Positions 55,716 to 64,000 of a DNA stretch of 64,000 nucleotides are shown in pieces. The position numbers and the translations under genes were made by a program. This DNA comes from a virus. The stretch is taken from the IMG/VR virus record IMGVR_UViG_3300019888_000002, positions 1 through 64,000 of that record; one strand, written 5' to 3'. Within the stretch, counting starts at the first letter, position 1. The number at the start of each line of letters is the position of its first letter. The notes under the pieces are model-generated. The model saw only the letters and a program-made list of their open reading frames with translations, was not told the DNA's origin and did not search any database.

Positions 55716-56426
55716 TCACGAAGGTATGGCCATCACGTAGAAATACGGCTTGTAGGTCGACACTGTCACCTGACCATTGCTCCCGCCTTGATACAGCGTC
55801 ACATAGAGCGTCGTCGCGCCGGTCTTGATCGTCTGTCCGTTCACGTTGTACGGCTCCACGTTCACACCTGTCCAGTACGTCGCATCGGCTGGCCCCCACC
55901 CCTGCGCTATCAGCTGTCCACCGGAACTGCCGACCCGAACCTCGATGACGGGATAGGTGGAGATATCGGCGGAGTGCACCTCATGACTGGCAAAACACAG
56001 CAACCTGTACGAATAGCCAGGGTCGCTGATCGCACAGGTGTAGAGGACTGTCGTTCCGCTGTAAACATCGACGTTCGAGCCGGGGTAGGACGAAGGACTC
56101 CAGAACAGTCGGTTGTTGCGTTGCGTGACCGTGACGTTGAGCTTGCTGGCCAACACCTTGCCGGTCGCGCCAAGCCCAGGGACCCCGTTCGCCACATCCT
56201 TCTGCGCGAGCTTGAGCCGGAGGTTGTCCTGACTGTCGACATAACTCGTCGTCGCGTTGAGCGCGTCCTGACTGTCCACATAGGTCTTCGCGGCATACGG
56301 GGCGAGCTGGCTGTTGACCGAGGTATCGACCTGCGCCTGGGTCAGAGCCGTAGCCTGGACGGAATCCACATAGGATTTCCTGGCGATCGTCTTGGCGACA
56401 TCGACAGACTTGCCGACATATCTCAA
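55716..56426 (-). CDS. Minor tail/fibre protein, paralog 1
   Basis: MRYVGKS N-terminus; GVPGLGATGKV. Confidence 0.75.
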   Translation of the reverse strand: MRYVGKSVDVAKTIARKSYVDSVQATALTQAQVDTSVNSQLAPYAAKTYVDSQDALNATTSYVDSQDNLRLKLAQKDVANGVPGLGATGKVLASKLNVTVTQRNNRLFWSPSSYPGSNVDVYSGTTVLYTCAISDPGYSYRLLCFASHEVHSADISTYPVIEVRVGSSGGQLIAQGWGPADATYWTGVNVEPYNVNGQTIKTGATTLYVTLYQGGSNGQVTVSTYKPYFYVMAIPS

Positions 56427-56474
56427 GGTGCTGATCTCACTCGCCTCCCGTCACTCGACACGAAACCCTCATTG

Positions 56475-59400
56475 TCATCCGATTATCGACGCTTCCCATT
56501 GGTTGGTCGTCGGTGCCGTGTCGAACTCGATGGAAGCCGAAGTCAACGAGATAGCCGTGACACCGATGAGCTGAATGTCGTTGGTGGACAGGTCCCGGAC
56601 CCAACCCCAGACCGCCTGAGTGTTGAGATTATGTGTGAGCGTGACCAGCGTGCTCCCTGCGGGTACGACCTGGGTGTACTTCCGCATGACAGCCGTGGTG
56701 TCCAGGGTGAGACCGCTGGCCCCGATGAGCAACGGTGCCGCGACCTTGACGGCCAGGGTCTTGGCTGCGGAGTCCACCACGATCGAGGCGTACGGCGAAG
56801 TCGACGCGGTATAGGCAATCGGCAGACCACCCCGAAGAATCTTGGCCCAGTTCTGTGCGGTGGTGTCCACTGTCACGGTACCGGTACCGGTCATCTGCCA
56901 AATCGAGTCGGCGTTGGTTCCACCGGACTGGATGGCGATGAGCGCACCGGGCATCAACGCAGAGCCACTGGCCATGTCGGTCGGCCGAATCCACGCCCCG
57001 GCCTTCACGATCCAGATACCGTTCTGGCTCGAGGCCGACTGAAGAGGAAGCAGCACTCTCTTGTCCAGGGCGACCAGGGTGCCGTCGATCGATTGCTGAC
57101 CGGACAACGAAGACACAGCGGCATTGGCGGCATAATCGACCGCGAACTTGGCCTGACCCAACGTGGCCACCTGATCGGTGACATTGGACGGGGTGGTCCG
57201 GGTCGCCACCTGAGCGTTGACATAGGTGGTGTCGGCCTTGTTGGTGAGCGCCGTGGTCAGACCGGTGATGTCGGATTGTGGGATGGCCACGGCGGCCGAG
57301 CGCGCGCCCACATCGGCGGCGTTGAGCACGATGGTGCCGGTGTACCCGTTGACCGAGGTGACCGCGTTCGGCAGAGACTGATAAGCCAGCCAGTTCCCGA
57401 ACTGACTCGGGTCGGCGGCCACCAACGCATAGGTGCCCTGATCAGCGGTGGAGGTGATGATGGCCACATCACCGAGCTGTACCTGAGCGGTGGTCAGTGC
57501 CAGCATCGCGGCCCTGTTGGCCACGGCATATGTTTCGTGAGTAGCGATAGCGGGAATCTGACCGGTGGGCACTTTGCCGCCAACGAGGTCGGCTTTGCCC
57601 GCTAGTCCGGTCGTGAGGGCCGAGCTGTCGGCCTTGGAAGAAAGCGCCGTATCAACTTGGTCCTTGCGATACGGATGCCCCGCCGCCGTCGCGGCGACCA
57701 CAGCGAACAGTCCCGCACTGTCGGTCTTGACGAGCTGGCTGGCTGTTCCGGTCGCGGTTGCGGCGTCGACCGAGGTCTTGGCGGCGTCTCCTCGGTTCAG
57801 CTTGGACTGGGTTCCCGCGTCGAGCGTGGTGGCGGGGATACCTCCGACCGGAACCTGATACTTGGTGGCCAGCTGCTGGTCCACCGAATCGGACTGGGTA
57901 TTGAAGGTGGACGTGTCGACCTTGGACTGTAGTGCCGTGTTGGTGTTGTCCAGTGCTGTCTGGTCGGCCTTGGTGGCGACCGTGGTGCTCAGCGCATTCA
58001 GTGCGGCTGTGGTGGCCTTGGTGCCGACCGTGGTGACCAAGGTATCGAAAGCGGCCTGGGCCACCTTCCCGTCGACCGTGGTCTGAAGAGCGTTGAGCGC
58101 TGCTGTGGTGGCCTTACCAGCGACCACGGCAGTAAGTGCATCCAGAGCGCTCACCGTGGCAAAGGCTGCCTCGGCCGGAGCGTTGAGATCGAGTTTGCGG
58201 AACGAAAGCGCGCCGTTAGCGGCGACATAGGGCCACATGGCCTCGGCCGGGTCCGCACCGAGGTGGTTGTAGTAGAGCACTCCCCCCGGGGTCCGGCCGA
58301 ACGGGGAACGGATGGCCACGGTGCCGATGTCATCGAGACCGTTGTCCACCCAGGACACCAGGTTCTTGGGAGCACTGCCGCCGCCCCCGAGCGCGGCGAT
58401 ATCGGTCTCGTTCTGCGAGATACGACTCAGTGCCGACGTGAGTCCGGTCTGTGCGGCCTTGGCGTCCAATGCGTCCTGAAGCCCGGCCACATCGGCCAAG
58501 GGCACAGCGACCGTACTGTCTCGAGCCCCCACATCGGCAGCGTTGAGGACAACAGTGCCGATATGACCGTTGACCGAGGCGACCGCGCCGGAGCCACCCC
58601 CGGTGGAGATGACCGTGCCGTCTTTCTTGACCAGCTGATTGAGGTTGTTCACCAACGGCACATCGGAATCGAGCAGCGTGGTAGGGACGAAACCCCCGGC
58701 CGTCTTGAGCACGGCAGAGTTCTGAAGCGTGGACAACGAGGCAGCGCTGGCCTTGGTGCCGAGCGCGGTGTTGATCGTGGCCAGGTCGGTCTGAGAAAGC
58801 TTGGCCGCCAGGTCTGCGGTGAGCCCGGTGATCTCGGATTCGGCGATCGCCAACCCGACCGGTCGTGCCCCCACATCGGTGGCCCCCAGTGTGATAAGCC
58901 CGGTCTGTCCGTTGACCGAGGTGACACTGCCTGCGGCTGCCGAAAGCCGTTTCCAGGAGGCGAGCAGAGCAGGGCTGGCAGACACCAACATCCAGGTGCC
59001 GTCCGGCCGGATCGCAATGTCTCCGGGCTGTACCTGCGTGGTGGTCAGTGCCAGCATCCCGGCTTCGTCGTTGACCGAGAGGGCAGTGCCCAGGGCGATC
59101 GAAGGGATCTGACTGGTCGGGATCTTGCCTCCCACCAAGTCGGCCTTGGTGGCCATGGTGGCGTTGAGCAGAGCAAGCGAAGACGACAGCGAAGCCACCG
59201 AGGCGTTGGTGTCGGTGACGATCCCGTTGACCGTGATCTGAAGCGCGGCAATCGCGGACTCTCGAGCAATCCGCTCGGTGAGATCGGCAGCCCGGAACTC
59301 GGTGATCGCACCGTTGATCATGGCGGTGCTCGAGGAGATGACAGAGCTGATCTGGATCTCGAGCTGCGCAGCGGCATAAGACCGGTTGGCAGCGTCGATC

Positions 59401-59969
59401 GTCATACGATCCAGAATCTCCTGAGTGATCCTGTTGTCGAGTGCGGCAGTGGCATCGCCCCCGGTGACCTCGTTGCCGTTGGCGTCGATCACCAGACCGG
59501 CCGAGTTGAGCCGGGCCACCCGTCCCGCCACCCCGAGGTCTTGCTCCTTGAGGTAGGTCTCGTCGCCCATGATCGCACCGAGATCGAAGAGATCGTCGTA
59601 GCTGATGTCGGAGTTCGGCATCGTGAAATCGGTGTTCTCCACCCGGCCGAGGAAGTCCTTGCGCCAGGAGACTCGGTACAGGATCGGCCGATCGAGTCCG
59701 GGTTCGTAGCTGGGGGTCAGCATGAACTCGGCTGTGTTGATGTCGTCGGTGAGCGTGATCATTCTGCGCTCGAACACAGCCGGGTAGGTCACATTGCCAC
59801 TGCCGGAGCTGCTGGTGGTCAACGACCGGACGATGACCTCGATCCGGTCTGCTTTCCCGGTGGCGGTGATCGAATGCCCGAACGGGACCGAGAATTTCCG
59901 TTTCACTCTGTCTCCCAGGGCCGACGGTTGGGCTTGTCGTCCATTCTGTTGCCAGCCGGGGGAGGTCAC
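56475..59969 (-). CDS. Long tail fibre protein, ~1160 aa, internally repeated
   Basis: KADLVGGK.P..QIP.IA...MLALTT.QVQ.GD twice; SVNG.xG..xL.A.DVGAR three times; coiled-coil shaft. Confidence 0.85.
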   Translation of the reverse strand: MTSPGWQQNGRQAQPSALGDRVKRKFSVPFGHSITATGKADRIEVIVRSLTTSSSGSGNVTYPAVFERRMITLTDDINTAEFMLTPSYEPGLDRPILYRVSWRKDFLGRVENTDFTMPNSDISYDDLFDLGAIMGDETYLKEQDLGVAGRVARLNSAGLVIDANGNEVTGGDATAALDNRITQEILDRMTIDAANRSYAAAQLEIQISSVISSSTAMINGAITEFRAADLTERIARESAIAALQITVNGIVTDTNASVASLSSSLALLNATMATKADLVGGKIPTSQIPSIALGTALSVNDEAGMLALTTTQVQPGDIAIRPDGTWMLVSASPALLASWKRLSAAAGSVTSVNGQTGLITLGATDVGARPVGLAIAESEITGLTADLAAKLSQTDLATINTALGTKASAASLSTLQNSAVLKTAGGFVPTTLLDSDVPLVNNLNQLVKKDGTVISTGGGSGAVASVNGHIGTVVLNAADVGARDSTVAVPLADVAGLQDALDAKAAQTGLTSALSRISQNETDIAALGGGGSAPKNLVSWVDNGLDDIGTVAIRSPFGRTPGGVLYYNHLGADPAEAMWPYVAANGALSFRKLDLNAPAEAAFATVSALDALTAVVAGKATTAALNALQTTVDGKVAQAAFDTLVTTVGTKATTAALNALSTTVATKADQTALDNTNTALQSKVDTSTFNTQSDSVDQQLATKYQVPVGGIPATTLDAGTQSKLNRGDAAKTSVDAATATGTASQLVKTDSAGLFAVVAATAAGHPYRKDQVDTALSSKADSSALTTGLAGKADLVGGKVPTGQIPAIATHETYAVANRAAMLALTTAQVQLGDVAIITSTADQGTYALVAADPSQFGNWLAYQSLPNAVTSVNGYTGTIVLNAADVGARSAAVAIPQSDITGLTTALTNKADTTYVNAQVATRTTPSNVTDQVATLGQAKFAVDYAANAAVSSLSGQQSIDGTLVALDKRVLLPLQSASSQNGIWIVKAGAWIRPTDMASGSALMPGALIAIQSGGTNADSIWQMTGTGTVTVDTTAQNWAKILRGGLPIAYTASTSPYASIVVDSAAKTLAVKVAAPLLIGASGLTLDTTAVMRKYTQVVPAGSTLVTLTHNLNTQAVWGWVRDLSTNDIQLIGVTAISLTSASIEFDTAPTTNQWEASIIG

Positions 59970-59994
59970 AGCATCGGTAGACCTACCAGGTACC

Positions 59995-60576
59995 TCAGTC
60001 GGTTGCGTAAGGCGTCTTGGGGATGTCCGAGATGTTGTCGATGTTCCCTAGACCAATTTCCTGCTTGTACGGCCGGACCGTGCGCTTCTCGACAACGGGT
60101 TTACTCCGAGAAGCGTCATAGGGGTCGTACATCAAACCCTTCTGCACCTCACCAGGACCCAGATCCTCCAGCATGATCTCGGCTTCTCGAGCCTTGATCT
60201 GTGACCGTAGCTCGACGGCCTCGGTCACCCAGGTGGCACCGTTCTCCACGAACCAGCGGAGGTCGTCGTCGCTCAGGTCATCGATCCGGTGGTCGTAGTC
60301 GGGGATTACGGTGACCGTGAACTTGGGGTCGAGCTTAGGCAGGTCGTACACGGTGAACATCTCAGGAATAGCGTTGATGACATCTTGCTCGGCCGATCCG
60401 GATCGGGGCTTGATCCCCCAACCCACCACGATAGATGCCACCATGACAGCGAACAGCACGTAATTGATCTCCAGAGGCAGAAGATATCTCGGATTCATGA
60501 TCTGAACCACGATCTGAAGAGCCCAGACGACACCCGTCAGCACAGTAAGGAATCGAAACACCTTGACCGGGATCAT
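59995..60576 (-). CDS. Membrane protein with two N-terminal TM helices (start ATG 60576)
   Basis: Hydrophobic N-terminus; ATGA overlap with the upstream gene. Confidence 0.7.
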   Translation of the reverse strand: MIPVKVFRFLTVLTGVVWALQIVVQIMNPRYLLPLEINYVLFAVMVASIVVGWGIKPRSGSAEQDVINAIPEMFTVYDLPKLDPKFTVTVIPDYDHRIDDLSDDDLRWFVENGATWVTEAVELRSQIKAREAEIMLEDLGPGEVQKGLMYDPYDASRSKPVVEKRTVRPYKQEIGLGNIDNISDIPKTPYATD

Positions 60577-60893
60577 CGTCTTTCCAACACCCGACGAACC
60601 TTCTCGATATCGGCGCGAGCATCGGCCAGACCTTCTTTGCCCGCCGTACAAAGCACCTGATCGGCCAGACGCTCGAACGCAGCCTGCGCCGGACTCCGAC
60701 GCAACTTGCGAGTACGGAATCTACCTTTGAAACGCCACACGGCCGTGGCTTTGTGGTTGCGGAACTGCTCGAGACCCACGCTCTGCGGGTCGAGACAGTG
60801 ATCTTTCGGTCGGTGAGCCTCGTAGGCGTCCCCATTGATGAAGATCGATCGGCAACGCTCACACCAGGTCTCGTCTGGCAGAAGTAGAGGCAT
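60573..60893 (-). CDS. Small Zn-finger-like protein (CERC...H...HC)
   Basis: Start ATG 60893 inferred; motif read directly. Confidence 0.55.
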   Translation of the reverse strand: MPLLLPDETWCERCRSIFINGDAYEAHRPKDHCLDPQSVGLEQFRNHKATAVWRFKGRFRTRKLRRSPAQAAFERLADQVLCTAGKEGLADARADIEKVRRVLERR

Positions 60894-60931
60894 GGAGGTA
60901 GGCACGGTGTGGGGGTTCCTTCCGTCGGAGG

Positions 60932-61183
60932 CTAAGCCGAGGCTGGATAGAGTTCTCCAGTCTCCGGATCGGCAACGGTTTGTTCGCGAAGTGCCGTGGC
61001 AAGGTTCTCGCACATCTCGAGAACTGTTCTCAGGGACATTCCTCCAGCAAGAATGACCTGGATGTCTGGTTCGTCCCCACACGTGCATCCCCGAGGATGT
61101 CCGGGCAGAAGAAGAACGCCGGGCTGTACCGACTCGGTGTTGTACTGGATCGCCACCGAGAGATCATTCTGACCTTGAGACAT
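60932..61183 (-). CDS. Small hypothetical protein, 83 aa
   Basis: AAAGGAG RBS before ATG 61183. Confidence 0.6.
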   Translation of the reverse strand: MSQGQNDLSVAIQYNTESVQPGVLLLPGHPRGCTCGDEPDIQVILAGGMSLRTVLEMCENLATALREQTVADPETGELYPASA

Positions 61184-61252
61184 TGGTGGCTCCTTTCCTT
61201 CAGGTAGCCACAGTGTATCCAACCTGTCCTAGCATTGACATGATCAACTGGG

Positions 61253-61579
61253 CTACAGCGTGTGACCGATGGTGTCGATGAACAAGAAGGGCTTGGGTCT
61301 CAACCCGTCGGGGGTGTTGACGGTATCGCCCTTGACTCGGCCGACCACGTTCACCAGGTCGCCCTTGACGACACCCTCCTTCACCGATTCGGCCTGATCA
61401 CCGAAACAGATGGCCTCGATCTCGAAGGAATCACCGGGCACCTTACGGCCCAGGTTCTTGTCGAAGCGTTCCGAACTGAAGCGCAGCTGAACCAGAGTCG
61501 TACCTTTACCCTTACCGTTGCGGCTGAACGAAGGGTCCTCGAGCAACTCGGCTTGTCCGTTCAGATACGGAAGTCCCAT
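61253..61579 (-). CDS. ssb: Single-stranded DNA-binding protein (OB fold, no acidic tail)
   Basis: G.L..DP...F...FDK...W-equivalent...C+G.QAE.V...+KGD.V.V.GR pattern. Confidence 0.8.
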   Translation of the reverse strand: MGLPYLNGQAELLEDPSFSRNGKGKGTTLVQLRFSSERFDKNLGRKVPGDSFEIEAICFGDQAESVKEGVVKGDLVNVVGRVKGDTVNTPDGLRPKPFLFIDTIGHTL

Positions 61580-61679
61580 GATGGATCACTGTTCCTTTCG
61601 AGTGGTCGTGCTCTGTACCCAGACTGTACCACAGTCAGAGGTTGTCGTTGGGTGGGGCTCCCGAAGGAACCCCACGAGA

Positions 61680-61985
61680 TCAGAGGCTCTGAGCGCGGAG
61701 CTTGGTCGAGTTCGCCATCTTGTCGGCGAAACGCTCGATGCTCGGCCGGAGCATCTCGGCGTAGTTCAGCCACGCCTGCTCGTCGGAGGCCATCCAGCCC
61801 ATGCCGTAGACATCGGAGACCGGCCGGTAGCAGCTCCGGCAGATGACCCCGTGCTGTCCGCCCTTGCCGGACGCCTTGCAGCAATCGGTGAGGTAGTACA
61901 CGATCCCGTCCTGGGCTACCAGGGTGCCGCCGACCGAGTCGGACGCGAGGACTACCGGCTGGCTGGGGGCGAAGGTGGAGGACAT
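61680..61985 (-). CDS. Cassette gene with CC...CxxC Zn motif, 101 aa
   Basis: Own promoter/RBS cassette; TDCCKAS...ICRSC. Confidence 0.8.
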   Translation of the reverse strand: MSSTFAPSQPVVLASDSVGGTLVAQDGIVYYLTDCCKASGKGGQHGVICRSCYRPVSDVYGMGWMASDEQAWLNYAEMLRPSIERFADKMANSTKLRAQSL

Positions 61986-62079
61986 GAGGTTCCTTTCTCG
62001 GCGAGGCCCGGTGCCTTGCTCGTAATAGAACTGTACCACAGATGTACCTAGGGTTGTCAACCCCCGAACCGAAAGCAAA

Positions 62080-62110
62080 AATCCCCTCTCCCGCGAGGGG
62101 AGAGGGGATT
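62080..62110 (-). terminator. Strong intrinsic terminator
   Basis: AATCCCCTCTCCC / GGGAGAGGGGATT 13-bp stem followed by a T run on the - strand. Confidence 0.85.
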
Positions 62111-62118
62111 CCGGGGAA

Positions 62119-62313
62119 TCAGGCGTTGATCAGGAACTTCACGCCGTTACGGTCCTGGCGGAAGTCGCGACGGTCACGACGGTGGCTGGAAGCCTTGACG
62201 ACCTTGCGAACGCGAGCAACCTTGCGGCTCTGCACGATGTGATCACAATGACCGTCGCACTTGCCGTGGAAGATGTCCAGCTCGTCGGCGGTGGTGTTGT
62301 GAAGGGCTCGCAT
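62119..62313 (-). CDS. Cassette gene, Arg/Lys-rich 64-aa protein with H/C cluster
   Basis: Own promoter/RBS cassette; HGKCDGHCDH then RKVARVRK..RRDRRDFR. Confidence 0.8.
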   Translation of the reverse strand: MRALHNTTADELDIFHGKCDGHCDHIVQSRKVARVRKVVKASSHRRDRRDFRQDRNGVKFLINA

Positions 62314-62364
62314 CGGGGGTTCCTTTCGTTGTTCTTGCTTGTGTACTCATACTGTACCACAGAT

Positions 62365-62580
62365 TTAGGAAGCCGCAACGGTCGATTCCTGGAGGGCTCG
62401 CTGAATCGTCGCGGCGATCATCTCCTCGGTGGCCCCGGCCGACCGGGCCTCGTTGGCCCAGCTGATCTGAGCGGCTCTTCGAGTCCGGATCAGGTCCCGA
62501 TCAGCGTTCTCCAGCGCGGCCTGATAGAGACGCTGGGTGGAGTCGTGAACGCGCCCCAGGGACTGGTCGAGAGACGACAT
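62365..62580 (-). CDS. Cassette gene, helical 71-aa protein
   Basis: Own promoter/RBS cassette before ATG 62580. Confidence 0.7.
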   Translation of the reverse strand: MSSLDQSLGRVHDSTQRLYQAALENADRDLIRTRRAAQISWANEARSAGATEEMIAATIQRALQESTVAAS

Positions 62581-62812
62581 GTGGTTTCCTTCCGAGAGGT
62601 TCTTGCCTGTACCCATACAGTACCACAAATGAACTACATGCACGCCCGAACGGACCGGGGTTTTACATCTCGTACCAGTGCGAATCCAACTGACCTGTTG
62701 CCCGCCCGAACTCCAGAATTCTTTCCAGTTCCTCGTTGCTCATCGTCGTGTCCTCTCGTGTGAAGTAGAGCGTGAAGTGGCCGGGGAGGTTGCCCCCCTC
62801 CCCGACATCCGA

Positions 62813-63556
62813 TCAGGAGAACTGTACGTAGAAGGCGGGACGGTCCCGACGATCCTTCTCGACTGCCTTCAGGTCTCGCTTGTTCTTCGCGGCTGCCTTG
62901 TCCTCGAATCCCTTGAGCACCTCGATGAAGTCCCTCCCATGCTTGGCAGCAACGGCCCGAGCGATCCGGTCTGCTGTATTGATCCACTCGGCAGCGTCGG
63001 GGTGCGTCTGGCCGTACCAGAGAAGACTGGCCAGACCGGACACTGCTTCGAGTTCCGCGCCCCGCTCGGTCTTGAACATCATCTCGCCGGTCGTCGGATC
63101 GTTGAGCTGCTTGGCGTTCTTCTCGATGTTCTTGGCTGCCCGCTCCGCACGAACCTGCTCCAGGCGACGGTCCTCGTCGGTCTTGATCGTCCCCGGACGG
63201 CTGGTCATCTCGACCGGAGCGTCCGGGTAGCACCAGGTGCACGCCTTGTTGCCTGCGGCGGCGATGATCTCGTCCTGAGCCTGCCCGCTGAATTCGGTGA
63301 GCCACACGTACTCGGTGGTAATGAAGCACGATCCGCAATGAGTGCTGGTGTGCACGTGCCCCCCGGTGTTGTTGACCAGGAAGGCCCGCTCCCATCCGCC
63401 CCGCGCCGCGAAGACCTCGTTGAGGTAGTCCTGACGCTTGCGAACCTCGGCCAGCTTGGCTGCCAACACGGCCTCTTCGCCACCGAGCTTGGACAACTCG
63501 CGATCGATGTCTGCTGGGGTGCGAACCTGGTCTGTGTGGCGGATCGTGGTGGTCAT
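62813..63556 (-). CDS. Cassette gene, 247 aa, with H..C..C / CxxC Zn motifs
   Basis: TTGACA-18-TACTAT promoter and GAAAGGAACC RBS; GHVHTSTHCGSC...ACTWCYPDAP. Confidence 0.85.
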   Translation of the reverse strand: MTTTIRHTDQVRTPADIDRELSKLGGEEAVLAAKLAEVRKRQDYLNEVFAARGGWERAFLVNNTGGHVHTSTHCGSCFITTEYVWLTEFSGQAQDEIIAAAGNKACTWCYPDAPVEMTSRPGTIKTDEDRRLEQVRAERAAKNIEKNAKQLNDPTTGEMMFKTERGAELEAVSGLASLLWYGQTHPDAAEWINTADRIARAVAAKHGRDFIEVLKGFEDKAAAKNKRDLKAVEKDRRDRPAFYVQFS

Positions 63557-63665
63557 CGCGGGGGTTCCTTTCAAGTGGTCTTGCTTACAACTCCTATAGT
63601 ACAGGAGTGGTACAGCACCTGTCAACACATGTACCCAAACTGACCCAAGCCTGTGCTTATCGAAA

Positions 63666-63860
63666 CTAACGATCCGCCTGACCTGGGGAAACAGGAACCG
63701 ATACCTCGATCTCGTCGGCCAACTCCCGCAACCACCGAGCTACTCGGGCTGGAGTGTGATTGACCCCGGTCATCTTGGACTCGGGATTCTCCGGCCCACC
63801 ACCGATGTAGACCGAGACATGAATGTTCCCGAATCGATCGACCTTGTGCTGAAAACTCAT
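63666..63860 (-). CDS. Small hypothetical protein, 64 aa
   Basis: TGATG overlap with the upstream gene. Confidence 0.6.
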   Translation of the reverse strand: MSFQHKVDRFGNIHVSVYIGGGPENPESKMTGVNHTPARVARWLRELADEIEVSVPVSPGQADR

Positions 63861-64000
63861 CAGACCTCGGCTCCCGAGGTCACCAGCCTGCGCAGGGCAG
63901 TCTTGATGCTGGTCTCCCCGACCACGGTCAGGACCCGCTCGTCACGGCCCTCGAGCACGACGATCTCCTTGGTCGTGTTCGGCACGGCCTCGATGAAGAA
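63860..64000 (-). CDS. Partial CDS, 5' end outside the window
   Basis: Open frame FFIEAVPNTTKEIVV...GAEV-stop. Confidence 0.5.
   Translation of the reverse strand, partial: FFIEAVPNTTKEIVVLEGRDERVLTVVGETSIKTALRRLVTSGAEV

Larger units (their letters stand above)
1..64000 (-). mobile_element. Segment of a large actinobacterial myovirus genome (cluster C/Bxz1- or Rhodococcus E3-like); both ends run out of the window
   Basis: Terminase, portal, protease/scaffold, major capsid, sheath, tube, frameshifted chaperones, tape measure, lysin and holin are co-oriented on the - strand; no host housekeeping genes seen. Confidence 0.95.

Noticed and set aside
1-64000. Diversity-generating retroelement, invertible tail-fibre switch or integration module
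   Set aside because: No reverse transcriptase, invertase or integrase and no TR/VR-like adenine-variable repeat pair noticed; fibre repeats are ordinary in-frame domain duplications

Overview
The whole window is part of a large tailed-phage genome with a contractile tail (myovirus), high-GC, actinobacterial type. Almost all genes are on the - strand. Capsid, sheath, chaperone and terminase sequences and the gene order recall Mycobacterium cluster C (Bxz1-like) and Rhodococcus E3-like myoviruses; this is from memory and needs a BLAST check. The lysis genes (M15+GH25 lysin, DUF4185 arabinanase) and secreted Gly-zipper proteins suggest a Mycobacteriales host (Nocardia/Rhodococcus-like). In transcription order (right to left): small promoter-led accessory cassettes and SSB (60-64 kb); tail fibres (54.2-60 kb); lysis and membrane genes (49.4-54.1 kb); terminase (47.3-49.4 kb); a 2H phosphoesterase and more cassettes (43.8-47.2 kb); head genes with two large modular polyprotein-like ORFs, portal, SWIM protein, protease/scaffold, decoration and major capsid (28.9-42.5 kb); an accessory island (13.9-28.9 kb: secreted Gly-zipper trio, ~290-nt structured RNA candidate, MORC-like GHKL ATPase, small hydrophobic peptide, HNH, GP88-like, ParB-like, SGNH/Gly-rich fibre genes, C5 methyltransferase); a ~700-bp hairpin- and repeat-rich non-coding region (13.2-13.9 kb); then head-tail joining, sheath, tube, frameshifted chaperones and tape measure (0.2-13.2 kb). 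No integrase, tRNA, rRNA or CRISPR array was seen, so prophage versus lytic status cannot be decided. Best leads for new biology: (i) head-gene polyproteins carrying passenger modules separated by basic-[T/Q]-A motifs, plus shared N-terminal leaders on small proteins (candidate capsid-packaged cargo system); (ii) the promoter-driven, terminally closed ~290-nt RNA at 27108-27395; (iii) the conserved promoter/RBS cassette architecture of the accessory genes.
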